NCBI GenBank assembly: GCA_052327205.1
Contig: CM126213.1
Span: 116,994,001 to 117,058,000 of the forward strand
Length of the DNA: 64,000 nt
Direction of reading: 5' to 3'
Origin: Somniosus microcephalus
Taxonomy: Eukaryota
The notes under the pieces are model-generated. The model was not told the DNA's origin. It saw only the letters and a program-made list of their open reading frames with translations, and did not search any database. A program made the translations under genes and the position numbers. Of the stretch, positions 35,559-50,500 are shown piece after piece (positions within the stretch are counted from its first letter, which is position 1; the number at the start of each line of letters is the position of its first letter).

Positions 35559-38500
35559 AGGGGCACAAGTGCTATGTAAATGCAAGGACAAAGTCATATT
35601 GATATAGATGGTTCAACGACATGCAATTCAGACTGTGTTGTTCAAAAATAATTTTTATGCAACATAAGGTGGTACTTATACCTCTGATTCTTGTGCTTAT
35701 GTACAACATATGCATGTGCAAGCAAGATTTGAGTTTTACGGGTGGAAAGCTAAAGTATTGGTAAGGAAGCTTGAACATGGGATCAAATCACAGAATACAA
35801 GATGGGGCATGAGTTGTCAGGTGGAAATTATAACAGTAATTGGCAGCTATTTCTGAACTTTTTTTGTAGTTTATTGTTAAGATTACATTTCTCAAAGGAA
35901 TGATTTCTGTAATATCAGAAGTGGTATTTATCACAGAAGTGGTAGTTATTTGCTGCTACAGTGTTATAGTAAAAGGACTGGGTTAACCCTCGGACTCAGT
36001 ACAATGACCTAACAACAACGCAATCCCCTAATTAGCTGTCAATTAGCATTATTAAAATGAGGCCGATCATTTCATCTGCACAATGTTTCAATTTCACCAA
36101 GTGCCTTTAGGTCACATAAGCCACTAGTGGAGTTAAGACAGTTATTATAACCTTTCGTAACATGTCTCTCTATATATTGCCTTCCTACTTTGGCTAATTC
36201 TTTAGTTACTGTTAAGAAGTCAGTAAATGGAATCCATGTGCTGTTTGCATCACCACAAGTTGGAGATGTAGCAGATTGCAGTATAAACACACTGGGGTAT
36301 AAGTCACTGAACTCTAGTGTTCCTCTCATAGCAAATTGATAGCATAATTTTATTATGCTCTGAACAATGACTACAGGGAATGTGCAAGACCTGCACAGCT
36401 CTACATATAATCCATTTGACTAAATGTAACACTTCCATTAGATGAGTGTATAATGAAAGCAGTACTGGATGCCAGCAAGGACTATAACATTTCAGTTTTC
36501 AGATCTTGTCAAAAGGGCACACAATAAATCATACATATAGCTTATTAAATGTCATAGGCAGGTGATCCAACAGGGAGCACAAGGAGGGTGCTTATATTGC
36601 AAGATGACTTCTCTGTCATGTGATATGTATTCTTCCGAGCGCTAAGGTCAGAAATTCTTTCCATGGATTTTAATAAGCTACTTATTACCGTCTTTCGATG
36701 CTAATTATTTGATATATCCTTTTGGTAACCATCTATTAATATTGAAGTGGTAGCCATATTTTAACAATGATTGGGTAATAACAATCATTGTTCATTTTTA
36801 TATAATTGATAATGTAATTCTAGTGAAAAAGTGGGAAGATTCTATTGTCGGGATAGAATGAAAGAGATCTAGAAAAATTTGGTTATTAATTTTTACCCCC
36901 TATATGTTGTGGGGATAAAATGGCACTTTTTACATTTATGATATTAAGTGATTTCTAATAACTAATATCAGGCCCTTAATATAATATATCTCAAAAGAAA
37001 ACTGTTGATTAATTACCATATTAAATCTTAAAGTGAAGGTTTATTATAAATATCTAAGTTCCTTCACTGTCATCTTGTGCCGAGTTTAAAAATAAATCAA
37101 ATATTACGTAATTAAAAGGCATGTACTGGTGACAGGTAAGCTCATAAAATAAACTATCAACCATAATACGCATATGCAGGAAAGACCCATCTCTTTGTAC
37201 CATATGCAGCCATGCTGCACAGCCCAATTTAGAGCATTATCACTTCTGTTAACATTAACAAAGACGAATTAAATTACCAGCTTTTTTTTATTCAATTGCA
37301 TGGTTCGCAGTTTAGACTATGTACTAACCACAGCATAACCCAGAAAGATAAACTGAATCTGTACATGCATGCAAAATTTGGTGTCTGCCATCATTCATCA
37401 TATATAAGGATAAGATAAATTTCACACCATATGCCATTAAACACTGATTCTTGCCAAAAGCCTGGATGTAACCACCGCAATATTTTCCCATGAGTCACAA
37501 TTGAATCCAAAGATGTTTTCACAACAATCAGATAAACTCAAAAAGAAACAGTAATTTGACACTATGGAGCAAAACCTCAGTCTTCAGGTATCATGTGATT
37601 TTAAATCCCAGATAGTACTAAAATTCCCCTAAGTGAGCACACGCTAGAGAATTAAGTAAATCTTTCTTTCTAAATTTAGAACTGAAACAAAAGATAAAAG
37701 GTAAAAATGCACCTGACTATATGTAAAGTAAAATCTTTTTACCTCTCTATTTTTGCACAGAAGCCGTGACAATATTTCTCACTTCACTTTATCCAGCACA
37801 GTCTAAACATTGCTCACTATCCTTTTTTTTTTGCCTTTATCAACTGAACATTAGGTAAACTCCAAGGGATCACAAACCCAGTGTTTCAGCCGTCTGAGAA
37901 TGATGCGCCACTTGCTAATATCAAAACAGAGCTTCCTTGTGGCTTCTCCACGCCGTGATTGTGCTGCTGAGACAAAGGAATGATTCAGCATCTCCTTTCA
38001 TGTGGCTGCTGGAAACTAGAAACGACTGCTTCAGTCCACTGTCACTGACCATTAATTTGCTGATATCAAATAAGGGAGCTGTTCAAATTGATTACAGCAC
38101 TTCTGCAAAACATTCTTTAGCTTGGTAAGCAGGAACTTAATTTGAATGTATTTTATAGCTATTTAGTAGCCTTTTCCATTTTTAAAAGAAAGTGTACTTT
38201 TGTGGCATCTAATCAGAATATGATCCAGTACTTGAAGCCACCTGTCCAGTGTTTACAAATGTGGACCCTTGCATCACCTTTGACCTTTAGCTTGCCAACC
38301 TGTACAAACTGTTGTATATCTATTTTTTTTCAAAAATGACAATGTCAGCTGATAACCGTGAAAAGCCTTTAATGTTTGAGTAGCTGAGCTCTTAACATTG
38401 TCAGTTCTTTAGGATATACTAAATTATTAATTTGGTACAAGATGTATCAGATCTGACATAATATAAACTGGTAAAATTAAAATACTTAATTGAACCAACA

Positions 38501-38747
38501 GCTTTAACTGCTCTTGAACTCATCGCATTCATGCAGCCAATTCAAACATAAACATAATAATTGAATTTTAAGGAAGATGATTTTTAAAAAATATAAAACA
38601 ATTCGTTAATTTTTTTGATCTTCAGTACAGCAGTTTATTTCTGCATAAGTCACCCTGACAGAATCTAAGCAACTCAATTTTCTGCTCTGTAGCTAGGCAT
38701 ATTGCCTTCTACATAGCACTAGCATGAAAAGGCCCTGGCTAAGCTTT

Positions 38748-38982
38748 NNNNNNNNNNNNNNNNNNNNNNNNNNNNNNNNNNNNNNNNNNNNNNNNNNNNN
38801 NNNNNNNNNNNNNNNNNNNNNNNNNNNNNNNNNNNNNNNNNNNNNNNNNNNNNNNNNNNNNNNNNNNNNNNNNNNNNNNNNNNNNNNNNNNNNNNNNNNN
38901 NNNNNNNNNNNNNNNNNNNNNNNNNNNNNNNNNNNNNNNNNNNNNNNNNNNNNNNNNNNNNNNNNNNNNNNNNNNNNNNNNN
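38748..38982. other. Assembly gap
   Basis: Run of 235 N. Confidence 1.
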
Positions 38983-39712
38983 CAGGCACGGAGTCCGATA
39001 AACCTAAAAGCTTCGTTAATGTCTGCCTGCCTGTATCCCACAGATAGAGCACTTTGTAAATGAACCTGCTTTGATAAATATATTAAGGAAAGCTGCGAAT
39101 AAAAGGAAAGTCTTCTCATTTGTAAATACAACCTCTGCTACATGGAATTATAATGATAAAATGGGGTTCCATGTAATTAAGTTTGTATAAGACCTGAAAT
39201 CCGTGCAAATACCTTCCCTGAATTTTGAAAGGAAACTGTCAGTTCAATTAATCTGAACATCACCCGAGAATGTACTGAACAAAATTAAGCTGCAGATAAA
39301 GCCCGGGCCAGTATTTTGATAAGTAATTCCTGTATCATTTCTTTGGTACTGTGATCATTTTATTTAATCCAACCTCCCCCACATCCCCCCACCCCTACCA
39401 TTCAAAGTTATGTGTTAAGCCATCTACAAAGGGACAACTAGTATGACTGCAGTGGCGGTAATCCGTCATATCACACATGTAAAATGGAGAAAAAAAATCT
39501 ATTTTTAAAAAAAATGATCAAAAAAGGAAAATCAATATCATATTTTAAATACTACTGCATTTCAAAATGGGACAATGCAATGCTTCGTATCCAGCACACC
39601 AGAGCCAAAGTTGCATGTTTGTGGGCTAAATAGTTTTGCATCTCAAAAAGATAGGGGTTAGTTACAAATCAAAGAGCATCGCCAGAGAAAAAAGGCAGAG
39701 ATAAGCCACTCA

Positions 39713-39814
<102 letters not shown>

Positions 39815-42800
39815 TCAAGAGATGTTAAGAGCCACGAAACAAAAGCTGGCACTGATTAAATTCAGTCTAACTACAGAAGGATGCTGTTTCATTAAAACAA
39901 AAATCTTTGCAAAGAAAGAAAGTAATGCTCACCTAATAATGGATTTTTAAAAAATGAAATAAATTATTTTGATTGCTGGGTGTTGACACTTTTTTGGATC
40001 GGCCTCTAGCCCTTTTGAAAGCCATATAATTGCAGGAGGCTTTCCTCATCTTACCCTGTCCATATTAGTAATGACCCCTTGCTACTACTAAACCACTAAT
40101 AGTTTTCAGCAGAGGCGAAAGAAATGAATAGGATGAATCTAAATTCACAGTTGGTAATTTGCATTGTATAAGGCTGCTTTAGCCACTTGGACTGCTCTTG
40201 GCCATCAATCGTCCGCTGTCAGGCGCTACACTATGCCACAGTGATAAATACGCTTCCTAACACCAGAATTCATCCAAACAATGTAATTGTCCTATATTTT
40301 CTACTCAGTAATGAAGATTATTAATGGTTTAGATAAACAAGAAGGATGTTTCATCAGGAAGAGTAGTGGGTGAAATCAAAAGGCTTAAATGATAATTTTG
40401 AATGGCCAAAATACATGTTGCAGAATAATTTCTCAATATATCCCTAGTGGTTCAGGACTGTAGCCTCAAACATATTGTTTACTATATGTCATCTAAATAT
40501 GTGTTTTCTTTTTCTACATGATCCGTCAATATTGGCTCTATCTGTATTGAAGCCAACTATTCCAGTACAGATGACAATAAGTTGTCAGTATAAAACCAAG
40601 ACTAACTATTGTAGGAAAAGCAACACATCTTCAGGTAATGCAGTTATGCTATGTATATGGCCATTTGAAATCTCTAACTTATTCATTTTCTGGCATAGCC
40701 ATCCTGTAGCAATTGAGGTTTCCCAGTGGAATACATGCTAGAATATAGTAACAATGATGATGGATCACTTCATCACTGTGGAACCAGGCTGTGGTGAATT
40801 AAGGACACAGGTCATAGGTTTGGCTGTCCTGAAACCACTCTGCACTGATGAAGCTCTCAGAGGTGTGAAATGGTAGCTACACAGTGTGTACATTTTAACT
40901 AGATATTAATTTTCATCTTCCCTGTTACAAACTCAAAACTCTGCCTCTTAGTATTGTTGTCAATAATAACTTCAAATGATTTAACACTGGATACTTTCTA
41001 CTGCATTCCACACTGATTTTTTTCTGCACAAGATTAATTATTTTAACTCTCAACTGGCGTAGTCAATTTATGCTGCACCGTATGTGGATCTAAGTGTTAC
41101 TACTTCCTGACAACAGCCAAAACAGGCAGGAATGCTGCATGACTCACTTGGCCTCACAGACTTGTACTACTAAACATGGAGAGCGAGCAAAGCACAGGCA
41201 TTCAAATTGCAGCAAATAGCTTCACTTGCTTGCTGCCTCAACAGTGCTTACAGGCTACAGAACAACAATTATGGAAGCTCCAGTAAATGGCCTTCGTGAT
41301 TGTGTCTAGAGAAATAAAACAGTTATCATTTCATACACTTCAAAGGCCACGCTCAAAACCCAGTAGCTATGTAGTGCTATTGTGAACAGGGCTCCCCCAT
41401 AGAATACAGTGCTGCCCCCTCAACAATAGCTGGCTTCTCTCCTGCTCCCGCTTGGCTTCCAGCCAGACGCCTGTTTGCTACACCATTAATTCATGTTCAC
41501 TGAGTTGGTGCAAGGTTCTAGAGCAACGTTTGTTATCAATTTGCCTTCCAAGTTGAGCCTGTAGCCTGCCATATTTTGAAATGATATGTCTGAGGCCTCA
41601 TACCGAAATCTATCAGTACTGCTGTGTGAGGTTAAGGTGAAATTTAGTCATTTCCTCGTGTGTTCATACATGTATAATGTGGGAAGATCCAAGTGTCCAG
41701 TTATTGCCCTAACATATAGCTTTAACGCAAGTGAAATTTTCACTGAATCTAGGTAACGTTCTATAAATTACCTATACTACCCTGTCATAAATTTGTAGAA
41801 ATCGCATAGTGCACTCAATCAGCAAGTCCTCTGAATAAACATCAACACCAAATGAATGGCTTGTGCACACATTGTAAACCAGAGAATCTCAACAGAGGCA
41901 AATCAGATAAATCAAACAAACCTTAGCTCACACAGGCAAAAAGAGTTTCTAACTAGGGGTTTACACCAAGAGATTCTTTATTCCACAAAATAATTGAAAC
42001 TTTTTACTGTAAGGATTTGAAAATTATGCGCATGGAATAAATGTTGGAATTTTCTGTGATTGGAGGGTTACTGAACGCTGAAGCTTTTCATTTACAATTT
42101 TATCAACTGACAGTACTTGAAATGTATTTTGTTGTATATGACAAAATGGTTTATTTTAGCACACTTACATACTTTCAGACATAAATATAGACGGAGATTA
42201 TAATGCTGTGTGCATAATTGATTACAACTACATACCTCATGCCCCAGTTATACTACACGTTTGATGTTCATGTGGCGCAATCTTTTGCACCACACCAATA
42301 CCAAATATGTGGTGGAACTCAGCCAATTTTGCAGAAACTGCCAATTCAGCGCAAGTAGCAAATTCACCAGGGCAACGACAGTACAAATGGAGGGTGTAAC
42401 CGTAACCGTCTATTACAATCACGGTTAAAATGCTGCATCACTTGGTGCAGTTTAACTGGGACACTATGTGGCTCCCCAAAAAACCTATGTTAAAACCCGC
42501 CTCTGTTTTCACCAATAAGAAAAAAAGTTGCTACAGTGAAGATTCTCTACAGGAGCAAACAAAAAAAAAACAGTTTAAACCACCTACTGCTCCTCGCTTT
42601 AAACAAAACTGATAAAAAACACTCAACAGAAAGAATCAGCATCATAGATCCCAAGCACTGATGACTAGAGATGACAGTTCCATCCTGTACCCTAAATTAC
42701 TGGATCAGTGTAGCCAGAATTTATGAGAGTCAGACACCGGACCTCACATAGCTCACATATTAGACCATTAGGCATCTAACTACCTCTGAACAATTTCAAT

Positions 42801-45800
42801 GCATTATCTCTCCTTCTCCCTGGGGCACAAACTTCACTCTTCCATACTTTTAATATATTTTATCTGCACGAAGCAGATCGAGTTATTACATGCCAGCAGA
42901 ACACAGCAAACACCTATATCCTGGCTGTGAATGCAGGAGCTGTGATTTCAGCATGCCTGCTGCACGGACAGTAAAACAGGATAAACACTGACACAGCAAA
43001 CTTTATCTCGAGATGGCCGTTTTACTCCTGCGTTATAGCTTGACTTGTTTTCATACTGACTGTAGATCAAACGCTTTCCTAGAAAGAGGGTTCATTATTT
43101 TTGTTTACAAGTCATGCACACAAGGAATCCACTTATCTTAATTTCATAGAAAAGCTTGCAGTAACCACAAATAGAGGGGTGGTTTCCACATGAATTATCT
43201 CAAGTCAGCGGTTACACGGCGTTTGTTTCATCAGAAATCTCTGCTTACAGCTCATCAAATAAAGAGCACAATCGTACAACAGAACAATGGACTGTCAACA
43301 TAAAGGATCGCAACATCATTATGAAGGCATCATGGGTGAAAAGACTCTTATCAACAGAATATCTCCCAATAAGGCATGTTTACAACTTTTATTTATTGAA
43401 AGAAGACAAAATGTTCCTTCAAAAACCACCTGCTGGACACAAATAATGTTCCACCTAGTCAGCTGCTTGACGAATGATGGAAACTAATAAAAAGAAGTAG
43501 GCCTGCTTTCCAAACCAGATGATCGTAGGATTACGTCCCAGCATTTGACTGCAACTTGCATAGTTTTGATTTTTTTAAATCAGATCTTGGCCTGGGGTGT
43601 AGTTGGAGCATTCAGCTTCATGGAAACCTGCACTCCTGGTCTTTGCCCATTACAAGGTTATCCCTCTTACATGATAGCAAACCAGCATTTTATGAAGAAG
43701 TCCATCCTTCTGATTGAAGAAATATATGAAATGCAAGTGATTAATTTATGGGGGGCGGAGGGGGTAACAAAGCATATAAACAAATTTTTACATCTCTGTG
43801 ATGTATTTTGGGTCATTTTTCTACATCAAAGATGCTATATAAATTCAATTGTTGACAGCTATGACAACGACAATGTAACATGTGCAGTATAAACACCAGC
43901 ATGGACCAGTTAGGCTGAATGGCCTGTTTCAGTGCTGTACATTCTATGTTATGTGATTTTCGGAGTCTATTGGAATCTCTAGATGATGAGGTAAGTGCAC
44001 TAATATTTATACCACGGGACTGACAAATTGTAACAAAACCCACTCTAGTACTATTTGCATAAATGTTTGCAAACAAATCAAAAAGGATCAGTTTGCTGAG
44101 AATTTGCAATGAAATTGCAGCAAGTGACCACATTTAAATCGTAGAGGGTGACGATCAGTGTTGAATCTAAATTGAGCTAGAAAAATTTAAGTTTAGCCAA
44201 ATACGGACCATTCCAATTTTTAAGTATTTCTGTCCCTTTGAAATAAGTGAAATCCAGCATGCATGTGCAAAGGAACACATTATTTCTTGGCAGTAGAGTT
44301 TGCAATCCCTTATTCTAGAACTTTTCAACAAGCCCACAATCCTGGAATGTACAGCCAAAAAATCCTGCAATTTCAGAAGTGGCAAGGCAGTAAAAAATGA
44401 AGTTTACCCAATCGCTGAGAATGGTGCTGCCTTGGTGTGTTTATTGGTTGAAGAGTAGCTGGAACCAGATAGGGACACAGAAGGAGAGAGGCACAGGTAA
44501 GTGAGAAAGGAGCCAAGGCAAAAAAAAACAGCAGGTGAGAAAGAGAAGAACTGGGTGACAGAGATGGGGGGGGGGGGGGGAGAGAGGCCAGAATTGTAGA
44601 GATACTGTGAGACAGACACAGGTGAGAGAAGTTCTGGGTGCAATATAAAGACGTCCGTGGAGAGAACTGTTGGTGAGTGTGAGCAGAAGTCAGGGCTGTG
44701 CTATGCTCACTATAGGCTTCAGGAGTACAAGTGGCAAATTATTTCAGCAACTGTTTTGAATACTTGTTAGATTGTACTGGTTCGATATCGTACAGAGCTG
44801 TGGCACTTCTCTCTGGTAATGAACCACTAAGCTTGTCAACATTAAAGCAGCAGTCAGAAAACAACATCAAAGTAATGGTAAATAACAATCCCAGGCACTA
44901 GCAGGAATTGTAAGATTCAATCCTGAATTCCTATGCTCACAACAGTGCTCCACTATTACTTTCCTGCCATTTTATTATAGCAGCTTTGGGGAAAGGGCAG
45001 AGGGAAATGGACCCCATCACTAATGGTATGTGTTTTTACAAAGCCTAGCTTTTATGTCTGATAGCAGTTGATCCAATGGGAAGGCAGTATTTGTTCTTGG
45101 GGTAGGTAGAGACCTGACTGCTAATGTGCCAATGGAGGGTAAGGGGGAGTTATTATGTGGTATTGCGGAATGCAAGTCTGTATTCTTGTGCTGTGTATAT
45201 CTGATCCTTAGGAGACTCGTGAAGGGGATGCACAAAGTCCTTGGGTATGGAAGGCTAGTTCAAGACTTAAATTTCAGAAGATTAAATTCCTATTTGGGGA
45301 TTCCAAGATTTGAAAGCTGAGACTGATCCAAGCACTCATCATCGCTAAAGCAAAATCTCCCACCTCATTCCTGACTCTCTGTAGCTGTGAAGTAGAAGAC
45401 CCATATCACACATCTACATCTAATGCTGATTTCAGTTGGAAGTGTAAAGTCAGCACATATGCTGGACAAGCTACTTAACACCATCCTTACTACCATGAAT
45501 TGACTTAGGGCAATTCTTTGCTAAACCCTTGGGAATTGTATTTAGTTTGGATCTGGATGAACCAAACTTACTGCAGTCTCTGTGGATCTATAAATGTAAA
45601 TGGGGATTACGTGTAGCTAAAACAAATGTAATTGTGTACAGACCTAATTTCTCTATCATGCAATTTAGTATTAAAAAAAAGCTCACACACTATCAAGCTA
45701 GTGACAATAGATATAAGGCATTAAAGCAGATAATCAGCATCAAAATATTTTTTAACATACATGCATAACATATATTTAAGTTCTTACCTATTACCTTTCA

Positions 45801-47403
45801 CCTGAACTACCAGCATTTGCTTCTTTTCTTTCATTAGCTGTTTTCCCAGTCTGGCCTAACAGGATGTCTAAAGTGATCCTGACTCCTCCCTGGAGGCTGC
45901 TCATCAGCTAGCTCAGCTTACAGCAAAGAAAAATTGGTAACACACAAGAGCTCTGACCCTTTGGTTTTTATCAAATAATCTTTTATTACAAAAGATAATA
46001 AAAGAGCAACTGTCCTACCATATCCTAGCTAAGGCTGCTGGTCTTTTATGTTTCTTTGTTATTAGCATGACAATACTGATGTTCAAGCATTGTGATCATT
46101 ACCAACTCCAGTAACGCTGGCTAAATTGTTGAGCACACCAGCAGGTCATTAGCCTTTGAGCTGGATATATAATAGGTCTGAAACAGATTTGATAAACCTC
46201 AAGTTCTTTCCTGTTGACAAGTGTCTCAATTCTTTTCAACAACTTTCAGAATCATATAGGAAGAATGGAACAAACCCGCCAACAGAAGTAGCCCAAATAG
46301 CTTAGACAGCATATGCTGAATTGCAGTTGACTAAAAGTGGAAGACAGCTGTTGGTTTTTACTTGACATCGGAATAATTAATGAAGTAATCAAGCTATCAA
46401 CTGCAGACTTTGACCAGCAGGCACAAGCTTAACTAATGCCTTCAAACTAGGCACCAGTTGTAATGGACCCTTAGGATAATAATCCACCCCTTTTTTTTGA
46501 CATAAGAGAGTAGGTGTGCATAAAGGAAACTCAGTCGTCTCAAACTGTTATCCTTGTTTCCTTTACTATCTGCCTGCTGTGTTGAACAGCATTTACTACA
46601 CTTATAACTGTGAAGAGTTACTGTACAGTGTAATATTGTGGGGCCACTAGATGGGATTTGCAGCATTTTTATTTCTACTCATTTTGGTCTGAGCCATAGT
46701 CTGACCTGGCTGTGATTAATAGTCATGTCTAGTTCTCCCAGAAAACTACATATAGTCTTCTCTCTCCCTAATTAACATAAAGGTGCTTGTTATTCAAATC
46801 TGCACATCCATCAAAAGTATAGCGAATTGAAAACTCACAGCAATAGGTACCGGCACCATTCATTTTAAGGTTTTAAATTTGTATGCAAAATATATTTTCA
46901 AATGCATACTTTCATAACATTAAGAATGATTCCTAAGCATATATAGTCAAAATCCGATGCTAATCTGATTTACAAGTCTTCGGAAATGATGGTGCAAGGA
47001 ATACTTAGATACTTAGATTTTCTTTGTGCAAGACAGTGCTGTTAATTGTTGTGGTTGGTAAGAGTTTTTTTTGTGCCAAAGCAAAAGCTGAGCTAAGGGG
47101 GCTGGTGTACATCAAAGAAAATCTTGAGGTAGGCTAAGAATGGGGCACCGCAGCTACCATGCTGCAACGTGGCAGTAGTAGGAAACCTGCGTTTGACTCT
47201 CAGGTCGTGATTGACATTTGAACTTGGGGCTTCCCTAAGGGGTAAGCTTGCCAAGTCTTGACTAGTAGTCTGTAGAAGGGATGTAAAACTGTTTGGGCAA
47301 GGAATCCCTTCTCACATCACTGAAGTGCGCCTCCTGGTAAATCAACCAAGGAGAGATACTGACAGCATCTGTTGGCTGCACCATTTCATCCTCCTGACTG
47401 ATT

Positions 47404-47510
47404 GGGGGAGCAGGGGTGGGGGGTTAGGGGTGGGTGGGGGGGGAAAGGGGGAAGGAGTGGGGTGGAGGTGGGGGGGTGGGTGGAGGGTTAGGTTGGGGTG
47501 GAGGGAGGGA
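47404..47510 (+). repeat. G-run low-complexity tract (potential G-quadruplex)
   Basis: More than ten G3+ runs in ~105 nt. Confidence 0.8.
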
Positions 47511-50500
47511 GAAAAGAGCTTTTCTTTCTTGTTTAAAAAAAATCTAAGTTGAAGAATTACTTTCTGCACACAAAGAAAAGGCTACACTGTTTTTACAAAT
47601 CATACAATGATGTGTGTTAAAGGGCAGGGGCAGATTTATATGAAGGAATGCCTGGCAGAAAGGTTTCTACAGAGCACCACGACATTAGTAAAAGCTGGTC
47701 GATGTAAGTCATCAAATTTAGGCTAGAGAAAAGAAGCACCTGGGCCCGATAAAACCCAGAGCTGCCTTTTTTTCTTTTCTCTGTGCCGAGTTCTTTTGTG
47801 TGACCCTGGTCACTCGTTGCTGTAATAGGATATCACAGAGATTCTCCCCTGGAATCCTCAATCACCACCTGAAAAGCAATTCTGTAGACACTGCTCAGTA
47901 TCTCTGTAGCTGCGGGAAGCTAAGCTAAAGGCACACACACAGCGTTCAGTTAGCGCCCATCGACTGAAGTGCTCGGCGTGTCACTCGATTACTGTGCGGC
48001 TAACACAGCTAGCAAACCAGGAGCTAAAAGTATAAACTACAATTGCTTAATGGGTTTACCTGCATGCAAGCGATATCTGCGATTTCCACCCTCCCCACCC
48101 CCCAAAACAAACTGAATAGGGTACACACCAGGATACTGGAGGATGGAGAATTGCTCAACCCTACCTCGGCAGGCCATGGCTTTCTGTCTTCATGTAAATC
48201 AGTGCCTGTCACTGCATGCATGATTCACTGCTCAGAGTGTACTGTTCTGTGACGAATGAGTCCCGCTTAATTTGGCAGTGATTATGCAGGTTGCTAGCCT
48301 CCTAAACCCCTTTGAACTTGTAATTGCTGCTGGTTTAAATAATGAACATTAAGGGGGGGGATTCAGAAAAGTGTGGATAATTACAGGCTTTTTTTCCTCT
48401 TTGCTGGCAAAGGGTTGCTGAGGTGGCTGTGAATGGTGTCATAGCAGCCTGTGCAAGCTTGCTTTTGACATCAGGAAATCTCAAGAGCCCCTAAGAAAGG
48501 AGGGGCGATGGCACCGATGAATATTCATAAGGCAGCCACCTCTGTAGTTGTCTTGCTTCCCATTTTTTTGGTAAAGCAAAACCGCTCACAATTATGGATA
48601 TACAAAGGAGTGGTTTAGCAGTTGCACCGTATTACATGCTTAGGCATCAAAAATTACATTATCGTTAAAAACAAAAGCGGCCAAAGTCTGAGGCTACTTT
48701 TTTTAGATAGCTTTGAATGACATTACCACAACTGATGTAGAGTGCACCCTAATCAAAAAATGTTCCAATGTAACAGCGCAGCGTTTAATTTTCAAGTCAA
48801 ACGGTAAAGATTTATAGCAGCACTGGTGAACCAAAGAGTCCCTGTGTCTGTTTTTGATTTTACTACTTTCCTCCCCTCCAACCACCCCCTGCAACCCCCC
48901 CCCCCCCCGACCCTTTTAGCTCTTTGTCTATTTGCACTTTTGCTCTGGATTTTCTTTACCCTGGTGTGAGACGAATATCAAAGACCTGTGCTGTTTGTAG
49001 GCCTCCAGCACATAACAACATCTCAATGGTACATTTTTAGAACCTGCGTCACAACATGGCAGCCTATGATTAATGGCAACTACATTGAAAGCAGCAGCTC
49101 GTCAACAACGCCCTCCAGCAGCGCTGCAAAAAAGTACGCAATCCTGCTCTGCGAAGGTTGGCGCTGCCACAGAACCTAAATCGTGTGGAATACTGACACA
49201 AAACACCATATAAAGCCATACCTACACAAGTACATTTTACAATCTCCTTTGGATCGTATCACTTTTATCTGTTCATTATATTGCAAATAAGCAAGTTTGA
49301 TAGGAAGCATGTGACTAGGAAATGAGTATAGACTTAACAATCTGGATTTTCAATGCTGAAAAATGGAAGGCTTTCATGGTAAGGTAATTTTCTGGCTATT
49401 TATGTGAGGGCAGGTGAGTTCATTTTTTAATCCATTAAATTTTGATCTTGCAATGTAGGAATATTAAATTGCAGATGCTAGCAGGAAGATGACGAGGGTT
49501 TATTTTTTTTTAAAAAGCACATTTGGGTGATAAGTGAAAATCCACTCTTGTGAAAATACGGTTTTACAGAATTATATTTAAGTTCAAGTTTACAAAGCTT
49601 TTCTGAAAATATTTAAAAAAAAACATTTTTAGCTGGGATTAAAGTGGTATCTACAGGAAACCATGATTAATTCAAATGGATGGTTAAAAATATTAAGCAA
49701 GTGAAAAACTGAGATTAAAAAAAATCTGCACTCTACATTTTTAGATAGTTTGTTTGAGGGACACACAGTACTAACACAAAAAGAACAGATTACTCTTTTC
49801 ACTTTGTAAGCACTCCATAGTGGTAAAGGGGACTGCAAGCTTTAGTTTCAAAAATCTCTCTGAAGAAAAACCAATTGCTTGCTCTGCTCAGAAGTTCTTT
49901 TCCAGTCTACTCTTTGTGTTTTACAGATAAAGTCATCAATAAGCACTGTGTTTGACTTCTGCTAGTTCAAAAATATTTATGCCCTTTGAAGTGTAGCTAA
50001 GCTGGATTTGGGATTTACCTATGGTAGCACTTTATAAAGAAGGTGATCTATAAAGCATGAAAACATCTTGCTATTAGATGAGAAAGAAGTGCTCAAGACA
50101 TGCTAATATTTCCAGCAGTATTATAATTCAAGCTTCTGCCAATCTTTTCTACTAGTCACTGTCCAAATGAATCGTATATTCTGTGCATTAGAAATCAGGC
50201 TAAAGCTTTAGCCATTTCAAATGTCGCTAAATCTGCAATAGACCAGCCTTCCTCCAAAAATGCATATTTATACTTTTATTGTGGCGTACAGCTGAACACT
50301 AGGATTAGACTTAGAAGTAATACTGAGAAAATGTAAGACAGGGGCCAATTTATTTTTTGCGTTTCGGCTAAACATATTTTATGTCAATTAAAGCAGCAAA
50401 AGGTGCTTTCTACTGGTGTCATAAGCATGCAACAGGGCACTTTGGGAAGAGCATAATTAAAATAATGTCAGGATGTAAAAATCAGCCCTGTGGCAAACCA

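Noticed and set aside
38693-39131. ORFs spanning N runs (also 53707-54229)
   Set aside because: Artefacts of assembly gaps.
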